Part shown: in pieces, positions 1 to 7,808 of the stretch
Layout: each line of letters opens with the position of its first letter
How positions within the stretch are numbered: the stretch's first letter is position 1
Assembly: GCA_017475605.1 (NCBI GenBank)
Contig: JAFVFD010000004.1
Coordinates: 90,001 to 122,000 of the forward strand
Direction: 5' to 3'
From: Alphaproteobacteria bacterium
GTDB taxonomy: Bacteria; Pseudomonadota; Alphaproteobacteria; Rs-D84
DNA: 32,000 nucleotides
The notes under the pieces: model-generated
Databases searched by the model: none
Seen by the model: only the letters and a program-made list of their open reading frames with translations
Told to the model about the DNA's origin: nothing
Position numbers and translations under genes: made by a program

Positions 1-1366
1 TTTCGTACCGATGCCGATGGCGTTCCGATATATGTTCCGCGCCCCAGATTTTGTGCGCAAGTGTCCCCGGTGTAATATCGCATGGGTACGCGCCCAACCG
101 CAGTGTTCCGCCCATATTTTCCGCATCGTGCGCCGCCATAATATCAATTACCGGTTTTGCGCTTTTATTAAATTCGGTTGAATCTGCATCCGTCCAGCCC
201 AACACATTACGCGCAAAGTCAATCACTGCAACCTGCATCCCCAGGCATATTCCCATATATGGTGTACCTGTTTCACGCGCGTATCCAGCCGCCGCGATTT
301 TACCCGCAACACCGCGTACACCAAAACCGCCCGGCACCAATATTCCATCAACATCCGTACACGCGTCCGGCGTAAATTCTTCGGCGTTTATCTTTTTAAT
401 TTTCACATGTACATTGTTTTGAATACCGGCATGGAATAATGCCTCGTTTAATGATTTATATGCGTCCGGCACATGAAAATATTTCCCAACAACACCAATA
501 GTAACCGCTGGTAAATCAGCCGCCAAATAGTGTTCAATCTTTTTAAACTTGTCCATATTGCCAGCCGCATTTGGCAACCCAAAGTGGTCGGCGATAATAT
601 CAAACACGTGTTGCGCATCGTATGCCAATGGAATCTTGTAAATATTATCAACATCAATACCACTTATTACATTTTGTGCCGGCATATTACAGAACATACC
701 AATTTTTGCGCGTTCGTCCGCATCCAGCATACGCGGTGTTCGCACAATCAACATATCCGCCTGGATTCCGTTTTCAAGCAAGTGGCGCACCGACATTTGT
801 GTTGGCTTGGTTTTTAATTCGCCACTTTTATCCAAATAAGGTGCCAATGTTAAATGAATAAACATCACATTACGGCGACCAACATCGTTCGCAAATTGCC
901 GCGCCGATTCAAGAAAGATTTTCCCCTCGATATCGCCAACGGTGCCGCCTATTTCGCACACAACAAAGTCGGTATTTGTTGGGGCGGCAATATATTCTTT
1001 TATTTTATTACTGACGTGCGGAATCATCTGAACCGTCGCGCCCAAATAATCACCGCGCCGTTCCGCATTCAACACGTCCCAATATATGCGCCCGCCCGAC
1101 ACCGAATCGGCACGCCCCAGTTGCGCACCCAAGAATCGTTCGTAATAGCCCAGGTCCAGGTCCGTTTCAAAACCGTCATTTGTAACATAAACCTCGCCAT
1201 GCTGGAACGGGGACATTGTACCCGGATCTATATTTAAATATGGGTCAAATTTGCGTGCATGAACGGTATATCCACGCGATTGTAAAAGGGCGCCACAACT
1301 TGCCGCCGCGACGCCCTTGCCTAAACTTGAAACAACACCACCGGTAATAAATATATATTTTGCCAT
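1..1366 (-). CDS. pyrG: CTP synthase, N-terminal ~455 codons (3' end runs off the window start)
   Basis: Absent from the ORF track because there is no stop in the window. Reverse-strand translation from the ATG at 1366 reads MAKYIFITGGVVSSLGKGVAAASCGALLQSRGYTVHARKFDPYLNIDPGTMSPFQHGEVYVTNDGFETDLDLGYYERF, a canonical PyrG N-terminus. The frame at the window edge reads ERHRHRYE, a GATase-domain motif. SD AAGGAAGG (1373-1380) lies 6 nt upstream. Confidence 0.93.
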   Translation of the reverse strand, partial: MAKYIFITGGVVSSLGKGVAAASCGALLQSRGYTVHARKFDPYLNIDPGTMSPFQHGEVYVTNDGFETDLDLGYYERFLGAQLGRADSVSGGRIYWDVLNAERRGDYLGATVQMIPHVSNKIKEYIAAPTNTDFVVCEIGGTVGDIEGKIFLESARQFANDVGRRNVMFIHLTLAPYLDKSGELKTKPTQMSVRHLLENGIQADMLIVRTPRMLDADERAKIGMFCNMPAQNVISGIDVDNIYKIPLAYDAQHVFDIIADHFGLPNAAGNMDKFKKIEHYLAADLPAVTIGVVGKYFHVPDAYKSLNEALFHAGIQNNVHVKIKKINAEEFTPDACTDVDGILVPGGFGVRGVAGKIAAAGYARETGTPYMGICLGMQVAVIDFARNVLGWTDADSTEFNKSAKPVIDIMAAHDAENMGGTLRLGAYPCDITPGTLAHKIWGAEHISERHRHRYE

Positions 1367-1406
1367 AAGACACCTTCCTTATGGACTTTTATCATAGAAA
1401 AAATAT

Positions 1407-1438
1407 CGTTGCGATGCAACGAAATAAAATCCTATACT
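1407..1438 (+). promoter_or_regulatory. Inverted repeat plus candidate comEC promoter in the pyrG/comEC divergent region
   Basis: Perfect inverted repeat CGTTGC-GAT-GCAACG (1407-1421). It overlaps TTGCGA (1409-1414)-N18-TATACT (1433-1438). The -10 ends 6 nt before the ATG at 1445 and there is no SD, so a leaderless comEC transcript is possible. Confidence 0.3.
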
Positions 1439-1444
1439 GTGGTC

Positions 1445-3379
1445 ATGCAGGAATTATGGAAAAATCAGCGTGAAAATCTGTTTCTTTATGTGCCGTTTAT
1501 AATGGCGGCTGGGGCTGCGCTTTATTTCACAATGGCGACCGAGCCAAATATTCCATATTGTTGGCTGGTGGCGGCGGTAACATTTGTCGCGGCAATCTTG
1601 ATTCGCATACCTGTTATTCGCGCAATACTGCTATTTATCTTTGGTTTTACATTCGCGAACACATATACAAACATTCTTGACACACCAACCATTACGCGTG
1701 ATTTACAAGATGTAAATGTTCATGGTCGCGTTGAACAAATAGATTATACGACCAATCGGGCGCGAATCTTTATTCGTGTGCCGGCACGCGAATTAAAAAT
1801 AAAGTCAGACGATGACACAATAATTCGGGTTTCTATTTCTGCGGACCAATTGCCGAATATAAACGATGAAATTACAACAAGTGCAACATTGTTCCAACCA
1901 AACACACCCGATATCTGGGGCGGTTTTGATTTTGCGCGCTGGGCATATTTTAATGGCATCGGCGCAACTGGATTCATAGACGATTTCCAAATAACGCATC
2001 ATGCGACCATTGGCACCACCAACAACATACGCGATTGGTTACATACCAGGGCTGAATCTAAACTGGTCGATGGGCTGGTATTGGGTTATAAAAACAGTTT
2101 GCCCGCCGATGAACGCAACACATGGGTTGCAGCCGGTGTTGGCCACATTTGGTCAATAAGTGGTTTTCATATGACCTTGGTTGTGGGGTGGCTGTTTGCG
2201 ATATTTTATTTTCTGTTCCGGTGTATTCCATTTATTGTGCGGCGCATACCGGCACGCAATATGGCATTTATTTTCGCATGGATTGGTGTGATGATGTACC
2301 TTGGGCTATCGGGTATGGGTGTTGCAACAACACGCGCATTTTTAATGACAACATTGTTACTTGCGGCGGCTATTATGGGCCGGTCCGCGTTTTCATTAAG
2401 AAATGTATGTATGGTGTTTTGTATAATATTTCTTGCCAATCCCTATTATATTATGACCGCCGGATTCCAATTATCATTCAGTGCTATATTTGGTCTGATT
2501 TGGTTTTGGACGATTATTAAACCGCGCGTACCACAAAACAAAATATTGCGCGCGATATATACCGCAATATTAACAGCAATTGTTGCGTCCACATTTACCG
2601 CGCCATTTGTCGCAATGCATTTTTATTCGCTGCCGCTGTACAGCATTCTGGGCAACCTGATTTTATTGCCGATATTTTCTTTTGTTATTATGCCACTTGT
2701 TATGCTTGGCACGATATGTGCCGCGGTGGGCATTCATTTTCCATTACATATCGCAGATATAATTTATAATTGGACACTTGGTATTGCGAACCAGATTTCT
2801 TTGCTGCCATTCGCAACGGTTACAACGGGTGCCGTTTCTAATACCGCGATATGCTTTTTCATTGTTGGCATGATGGCGATTGTATTTATAAAACCGGTTA
2901 AATTACACATTAATTATATAATCGGTGCGGCATTTATATTTATTGGAACAATAACCGCATACTTTGCACCGATGCCTATATTCTTTGCAACACCGGATCA
3001 CGAATTGGTCGGGACTGTTAAAAATGACGAAATTATATTTAATAAAATACGCGCATCAAACCACTATTTTATTTTTGACACATGGAAACAGATGACGGGA
3101 CACACCGTCGATACACCGCACATCCGCGCCACACACGAACGCGGATTATATATATTTGAAACCCAAAAATATAAAATCGCATATATGCAACGTTTTCTGC
3201 CATTATTGCGAAATCTGGTAAAATTGTGTAATGATGATTCTGTGGATTATATTGTTTCATATATGAATATTCGCGCGCCCGCATGCGAACACAAGATATT
3301 ACAAGGCGGCTTTACAATATATGATTCGGGAAAAATTATTTATCTGCCGGCGACGCATCGTTGGAATAATCGGCACTAA
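1445..3379 (+). CDS. comEC: ComEC/Rec2-family DNA internalisation channel protein without a recognisable metallo-beta-lactamase domain
   Basis: Polytopic membrane protein carrying the competence-domain signature AAGVGHIWSISGFHMTLV. The track start at 1409 is TTG; the first ATG is at 1445 (MQELWKNQ). The C-terminal ~130 aa shows no HxHxDH motif. Confidence 0.8.
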   Translation: MQELWKNQRENLFLYVPFIMAAGAALYFTMATEPNIPYCWLVAAVTFVAAILIRIPVIRAILLFIFGFTFANTYTNILDTPTITRDLQDVNVHGRVEQIDYTTNRARIFIRVPARELKIKSDDDTIIRVSISADQLPNINDEITTSATLFQPNTPDIWGGFDFARWAYFNGIGATGFIDDFQITHHATIGTTNNIRDWLHTRAESKLVDGLVLGYKNSLPADERNTWVAAGVGHIWSISGFHMTLVVGWLFAIFYFLFRCIPFIVRRIPARNMAFIFAWIGVMMYLGLSGMGVATTRAFLMTTLLLAAAIMGRSAFSLRNVCMVFCIIFLANPYYIMTAGFQLSFSAIFGLIWFWTIIKPRVPQNKILRAIYTAILTAIVASTFTAPFVAMHFYSLPLYSILGNLILLPIFSFVIMPLVMLGTICAAVGIHFPLHIADIIYNWTLGIANQISLLPFATVTTGAVSNTAICFFIVGMMAIVFIKPVKLHINYIIGAAFIFIGTITAYFAPMPIFFATPDHELVGTVKNDEIIFNKIRASNHYFIFDTWKQMTGHTVDTPHIRATHERGLYIFETQKYKIAYMQRFLPLLRNLVKLCNDDSVDYIVSYMNIRAPACEHKILQGGFTIYDSGKIIYLPATHRWNNRH

Positions 3380-4094
3380 CGAAATAAAGCCCCGCCGCCG
3401 GTGCGGTTGGACCCGCTGCGCTGCGATTTTTTGCACGCAATATTTCATCAATATCGTATGGTTTCCCAACACCGATTTCAACCAATGTACCAACAATATT
3501 GCGCACCATGTGATGTAAAAAAGACCGCGCCGATAATTCAAAAATAATTTCATCGCCGCGTTTTGTAATACGGCATTCATCCAGTGTTTTTATCGGGGAC
3601 TTTGCCTGACATTCAGACGCGCGAAAACTGGTAAAATCATGTTTGCCAATTAAGTGTTCCGCGGCGCGTTTCATCGCACTTACATTTAGTTTACGTGGCA
3701 CCCACCAAACGCGGTTTTTATCCAGCACCGGCATTGCCGACCGATTTAACACAATATAAATATAGTGGCGTGCCGTACAATCAAAACGCGCATTAAAATC
3801 GTTCGCTACAATTTCACAACCTATAACCGACACCGGCTTGTTTGTTAAATAAAAGTTCAACGCACGCATAACAGTGTCCGCGGGTGTGTCGCCCGGCAAA
3901 TCAAAATGCGCCGGCATCGCCACCGCATGCACCCCCGCATCCGTCCGACCACAGCCAGTAATATCAACACGCGCCCCACAGAACGAAAAAATCGCATCAG
4001 ATAAAATTGATTGTACAGACGGGCCTTGGCGGTTCTCTTGCCACCCAATAAGGTCTGTACCATCATATTCTAAAATTACTTTATATCTTGTCAT
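3336..4094 (-). CDS. truA: tRNA pseudouridine(38-40) synthase
   Basis: MTRYKVILEYDGTDLIGWQ...GCGRTDAGVHA contains the catalytic Asp motif. The track start at 4118 is TTG. The ATG at 4094 overlaps the upstream stop as ATGA. The 3' end overlaps the comEC 3' end by 44 nt (convergent). Confidence 0.9.
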   Translation of the reverse strand: MTRYKVILEYDGTDLIGWQENRQGPSVQSILSDAIFSFCGARVDITGCGRTDAGVHAVAMPAHFDLPGDTPADTVMRALNFYLTNKPVSVIGCEIVANDFNARFDCTARHYIYIVLNRSAMPVLDKNRVWWVPRKLNVSAMKRAAEHLIGKHDFTSFRASECQAKSPIKTLDECRITKRGDEIIFELSARSFLHHMVRNIVGTLVEIGVGKPYDIDEILRAKNRSAAGPTAPAAGLYFVSADYSNDASPADK

Positions 4095-4312
4095 TTTTGT
4101 TTCATACAATTTATACAACGTTCAAGGCGCAACCAACCGTTTCTGTCTGCTTCGTCCAACAAGTCTTGATATTGGGTACAACTTTGACACCGCAGACCCG
4201 CACAACCCAAACACTTACACTTGCCGTCTTGGTTATATTCTGTTATCGCAACATTACACGCATGCAGGCCACACATTGGATGATAAAAAAGATTGTTTTC
4301 AATCATGCCCAT
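4091..4312 (-). CDS. Small cysteine-rich (9 Cys / 73 aa) putative metal-binding protein, paralog of the adjacent ORF
   Basis: The ORF exactly fills the gap in the operon. Its ATG at 4312 lies 2 nt after the upstream stop, and its TGA overlaps the truA ATG (ATGA). Pattern: H-x-C-N...Y...CxCxxCxxxxCxxC...CxxC. Confidence 0.6.
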   Translation of the reverse strand: MGMIENNLFYHPMCGLHACNVAITEYNQDGKCKCLGCAGLRCQSCTQYQDLLDEADRNGWLRLERCINCMKQK

Positions 4313-4314
4313 TA

Positions 4315-4509
4315 TTACCGTCCCGAATGAAATTTACAACCCATGCATATCGCAGATTTTGTAAAACTGTTTTTGACTACTTCATTCCATACAGTACATG
4401 TATCACACCCCGTACCAAAACAATTCATACAGGGACAGTAGTTTTTGATTTTATCATAATCGGACACAACCGCATTACAATGCTTGATTCCAAATTGTGT
4501 GTTTGCCAT
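4315..4509 (-). CDS. Small cysteine-rich (8 Cys / 64 aa) putative metal-binding protein, paralog of the adjacent ORF
   Basis: The ATG at 4509 (MANTQFGIKHCNAVVSDYD...) lies 2 nt after the fmt stop (4512-4514). It contains CPCMNCFGTGCDTC, which includes a DnaJ-type CxxCxGxG knuckle, and CMGC. The Cys spacing matches the ORF at 4091-4312. Confidence 0.6.
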   Translation of the reverse strand: MANTQFGIKHCNAVVSDYDKIKNYCPCMNCFGTGCDTCTVWNEVVKNSFTKSAICMGCKFHSGR

Positions 4510-4511
4510 AT

Positions 4512-5318
4512 TTATTCCCCATATTTTATTTCCGCACCACGCAGGCCGTTTACAAAACTTTTCCAATCCATTGGTTTTTTGCCCGCCGGTTGAATTCTAA
4601 CAATTTTTAATTCACCGTTTTCAATGCGCGTTTCCAAAATCTTGACATCCATACCATTGATTTTTGTGCGTCCCGCACCAAGTGCACGAATCTGGTTATG
4701 TATCGCGGTTGCACCACGCGACCAATCAATTATTTCATCATCGCCGGTAAATTTGCGTGTAAATGTTGGTTCGCCACTTTGCGCCACCGGTTTATATTTT
4801 TCCGGCGCACTTAAATATTCAACCAACATTTTTGAACCTATTTCCGACACGCGTTTTTCAATTGTTTCATTTGTATCATTTTCACCAATTTCAAATGGTT
4901 CGCGCATATATACATCGCCCGCATCCATTTCAGCGGTGATTTGCATTAAACAGACCGCACTTTGTTTGTCGCCGTTAAATATTGCTGTTCGTATTGGCGA
5001 CGGCCCACGATATTTTGGTAAATCACTTGGGTGAATATTGATAACTGGCGCAGAATTCAAAACATTATCGCGTAAAATCACACCATAGGATACAACCACC
5101 ACCATATCGGGCGCATAGTTATATTCTTTGATACTGGTGTGTACCGGCAACCCATGTTCGTTTGCCCAGGTATGCACCGGCGATGGTGTCAAAACCTGTT
5201 TACGACCCATCGGTTTTGGTGCGCGTGTAAATACCGCGACAATTTCATGTCCCGCAACACGCACTGCATCAAAGATTGGGACTACAAAATCATTTGTTCC
5301 CATTAAAACTATTTTCAT
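4512..5318 (-). CDS. fmt: Methionyl-tRNA formyltransferase (short, 268 aa)
   Basis: MKIVLMGTNDFVVPIFDAV...VFTRAPKPMGRKQVLTPSPV...INIHPSDLPKYRGPSPI. The ATG overlaps the def stop as ATGA (5315-5318). Confidence 0.9.
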   Translation of the reverse strand: MKIVLMGTNDFVVPIFDAVRVAGHEIVAVFTRAPKPMGRKQVLTPSPVHTWANEHGLPVHTSIKEYNYAPDMVVVVSYGVILRDNVLNSAPVINIHPSDLPKYRGPSPIRTAIFNGDKQSAVCLMQITAEMDAGDVYMREPFEIGENDTNETIEKRVSEIGSKMLVEYLSAPEKYKPVAQSGEPTFTRKFTGDDEIIDWSRGATAIHNQIRALGAGRTKINGMDVKILETRIENGELKIVRIQPAGKKPMDWKSFVNGLRGAEIKYGE

Positions 5319-5824
5319 TTTTTGTGTTTCCGCACTTTTCTCATAACCATTTCACGATGCACCGGCGACAAATAGTCAATAAACAACACACCGTCCAGGT
5401 GGTCTGTTTCATGTTGCACAATTCGCGCAGGCAACCCAGACATTTTTGCCGCCATCGGTTTGCCATTTTCATCTGTCCATTCAACTTCGACCGATTCAGG
5501 TCGCGACACATCTGCAAACACCGGCAAATCGTCCGGCCCCAGCACCGACAGGCACCCTTCTTCCATGGTACAAAGTTTATCGCTTTTCTTGGTAATGACC
5601 GGGTTTATCATTTTGAAAACCTCATCTGTGTCCGGATTCATCATAACCAAGAAACGTTTTGTAATGTTCACCTGGGGCGCGGCCAAACCCACACCGTTTT
5701 GATCGCGCATCATCTGCACCATTTCGTCCAATGTGTGTAAAATGTCCGGTGTGATATTTTCCACCACATCGCACTTTTCGCGCAACACCAAATCGCCACA
5801 AAGTTTCATTTCCAAATTACTCAT
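5315..5824 (-). CDS. def: Peptide deformylase
   Basis: The three Def motifs are present: GVGLAAPQV, EGCLSV, HETDHLDG. I chose the start at MSNLEMKLCGDLVLRE (5824) by its spacing to the LR motif; it overlaps the rmuC stop by 8 nt. Upstream in-frame ATGs up to 5836 are also possible. Confidence 0.9.
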   Translation of the reverse strand: MSNLEMKLCGDLVLREKCDVVENITPDILHTLDEMVQMMRDQNGVGLAAPQVNITKRFLVMMNPDTDEVFKMINPVITKKSDKLCTMEEGCLSVLGPDDLPVFADVSRPESVEVEWTDENGKPMAAKMSGLPARIVQHETDHLDGVLFIDYLSPVHREMVMRKVRKHKK

Positions 5825-7049
5825 CATCATCACCATCGTCCGTTTCCGCGGTTATTGCCAGATTTTTTGTAACCGACAAACCACCCTGCTTTTTAATTTT
5901 TTCAAACCATGTTGATATATTGCCACGCCCGGTTGTTAATTTTTTCATACCTTCGTCGTATGTTCCACGCAACGATTCCAGCGCATTACCAATCTTTTTA
6001 TAATCTTCGGTAAAGCCTGCATATTTGTCATAAAGTTTTTCAGCATATTCGACAATTTTACCGACATTTTCGCTTTGCTTTTCAACTTTCATCAATGTAT
6101 CAATCGTGCGCAGCATCGGCAACAGCAACGACGGTGTCGCGATTGTAACACCGTTATCGTATGCGTATTTATAAATATCTTCCTGGTCGCGATTCATCAA
6201 TTCAATATATGCGTGTTCCAGCGGCATAAACATACACACATAGTCAAACTTTCTGTCCACAACCTTGTTATAATTTTTGTCGCCCAGTTCTTTGATATGC
6301 GCCTTGGTTGCATCAACAAATGCGCGCCAAAGGTGTTTCTTTTCTGTTTCATCCTCGGCTGCAAGATAGTCCATATAACTGTTAAGCGAAACCTTGGCAT
6401 CAACGACAAAATGTTTGTTGCCCGGCATATGCACGATATAGTCCGGAATGTCGCGCCCACCAGACAGGTGCTTTTGCGCCTCGTACTGAACCCCCGGTTG
6501 CCAACCCAACAATTCGAACAAACGTTCCACCTGAATTTCGCCCCAGTTGCCCTGAATCTTTTTCTTGCCACGCAGGGCATCTGTTAAATCGGCTGCCTCT
6601 TTCTTTAATGCGCCACTGGCATCGACCATGCTTTTAATCTGACCTTCTAGTTGTGCGCGATTATCAACCGATGTTTTAAGCATATCCTTGATTTGTTTAT
6701 CAAAGTCAGTTTTTAATTGTGCGATTTGCTCTTTGAATGGGTTAATTGTTCGGTTAAGGGTTTCAGTGTGTTCCTCGGTCGCACTTTTGCGTGTCTGGGC
6801 CAACAATTCCGCCGACACATTTTTAAAGTCGCGCATCATTTCACCGCGGACATTTTCCAGGGTCTGAATTTTGGCATCAGCGGCGGCGATTTTACCAATC
6901 ATTGCCGAATTATCGCGCTGTAATTTATCAATCTGCTGTTTAAGCAATTCAACCGATGCATCGCGTGGACGCATTATGTGCGCAACAACGGCACCAAAAA
7001 TGGCGCCAATAACAAAGCCTAAAATCCCAAATACAGTCGAATCCATCAT
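5817..7049 (-). CDS. rmuC: DNA recombination protein RmuC
   Basis: N-terminal TM helix, a long coiled coil, then KIQGNWGEIQVERLFE and a nuclease-like C-terminal part. The track start at 7109 is GTG and lies inside a terminator hairpin. The ATGATG at 7049 is preceded by SD GGGGGCGGG. Confidence 0.88.
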   Translation of the reverse strand: MMDSTVFGILGFVIGAIFGAVVAHIMRPRDASVELLKQQIDKLQRDNSAMIGKIAAADAKIQTLENVRGEMMRDFKNVSAELLAQTRKSATEEHTETLNRTINPFKEQIAQLKTDFDKQIKDMLKTSVDNRAQLEGQIKSMVDASGALKKEAADLTDALRGKKKIQGNWGEIQVERLFELLGWQPGVQYEAQKHLSGGRDIPDYIVHMPGNKHFVVDAKVSLNSYMDYLAAEDETEKKHLWRAFVDATKAHIKELGDKNYNKVVDRKFDYVCMFMPLEHAYIELMNRDQEDIYKYAYDNGVTIATPSLLLPMLRTIDTLMKVEKQSENVGKIVEYAEKLYDKYAGFTEDYKKIGNALESLRGTYDEGMKKLTTGRGNISTWFEKIKKQGGLSVTKNLAITAETDDGDDDE

Positions 7050-7070
7050 AGTACCCGCCCCCATACAATG

Positions 7071-7098
7071 ATTATAGAATAAAAAAGCGGCTTTGCAA
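7071..7098 (-). promoter_or_regulatory. Candidate rmuC operon promoter
   Basis: Minus strand reads TTGCAA (7098-7093)-N16-TATAAT (7076-7071). The -35 hexamer sits in the loop and stem of the upstream terminator hairpin. Confidence 0.4.
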
Positions 7099-7103
7099 GC
7101 CGC
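7081..7103 (-). terminator. Rho-independent terminator after the HAD hydrolase gene
   Basis: 7-bp stem GCGGCTT/AAGCCGC with a 3-nt loop (7087-7103), followed on the minus strand by TTTTTT (7086-7081). It starts 5 nt after the TAG at 7109-7111. Confidence 0.6.
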
Positions 7104-7108
7104 CATCA

Positions 7109-7720
7109 CTATTTTTCAACACGTCCACCGGTGCGCCGATTTATCCACACCTGTTCCGCTGCAAGATTCATTATTGGCAAATCAGATTTACTGTCGGAAT
7201 AGGCACGCACAATGTTTGGCACAATTTTATTCTTTGCTGCCCATTTATTAAGTGCCACAACCTTGTTTTTATTATAACAAAAGAACTTATATTTCCATGG
7301 TCTGTCCGCATACATTTCGGAACAGATAACATCGTCAAAGCCCATATCGCGCACCAATGGTTTCAACAGGTAATTTGCCGATGCAGAAATAAGAATAACA
7401 ATATTGCCCGCCACGCGTTCGGCCACCACGCGTTCGGCCGCCCAACCAAAGCGATTTAATTTATGTTCGGCAATAAAACCGGGGGCATATTTTTTCACCA
7501 TTTTCGCATTTATAAAACGCCGGCCGATTTCGCGCCACCAAATGCCATTTGGTTGTAATTTACGAAACGACATACCGAACAATGTTATTGGCAAAAACAG
7601 CCACGCGCGCAACGAATGGCGAAAACAATATTTTCCAAATTCATAATTCGCGTCGTGCGCCGACAGTGTCCCGTCAAAATCAAACACAACGACATTAACT
7701 TTTTTGGGTTTCTTTTGCAT
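7109..7720 (-). CDS. HAD-IB family hydrolase (phosphoserine-phosphatase-like)
   Basis: Motif I VVVFDFDGTLS, motif II ILISASANY, and the C-terminal YSDSKSDLPIM. SD AAAGGAA lies upstream of the ATG at 7720. Confidence 0.8.
   Translation of the reverse strand: MQKKPKKVNVVVFDFDGTLSAHDANYEFGKYCFRHSLRAWLFLPITLFGMSFRKLQPNGIWWREIGRRFINAKMVKKYAPGFIAEHKLNRFGWAAERVVAERVAGNIVILISASANYLLKPLVRDMGFDDVICSEMYADRPWKYKFFCYNKNKVVALNKWAAKNKIVPNIVRAYSDSKSDLPIMNLAAEQVWINRRTGGRVEK
7411..7440. repeat. 15-nt in-frame tandem duplication inside the HAD gene
   Basis: CCACGCGTTCGGCC occurs at 7411-7424 and again at 7426-7439. On the minus strand it encodes the duplicated AERVVAERVA. Confidence 0.9.
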
Positions 7721-7740
7721 GTGGGGTTCCTTTTGGGGTG

Positions 7741-7768
7741 ATTATAACAAGAACCGACTAACTTTCAA
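7741..7768 (-). promoter_or_regulatory. Candidate promoter of the HAD hydrolase gene
   Basis: Minus strand reads TTGAAA (7768-7763)-N16-TATAAT (7746-7741), about 20 nt upstream of the ATG at 7720. Confidence 0.4.
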
Positions 7769-7775
7769 ATAGAAA

Positions 7776-7808
7776 TAAAAAACACCGGCAGATGCCGGTG
7801 TTTTTTTT
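7776..7808 (-). terminator. Rho-independent (bidirectional-looking) terminator of the efflux operon
   Basis: 8-bp stem ACACCGGC/GCCGGTGT (7782-7789 / 7794-7801) flanked by an A-run and a T-run. It begins immediately after the RND stop (7807-7809). Confidence 0.7.

Noticed and set aside
4091-4509. Cys-rich miniproteins considered as RiPP precursor peptides (sactipeptide/ranthipeptide-like)
   Set aside because: No radical-SAM enzyme, cyclase, protease or exporter lies anywhere nearby. The ORFs are translationally coupled to housekeeping genes. The Cys spacing looks like structural metal knuckles rather than a leader-core peptide.
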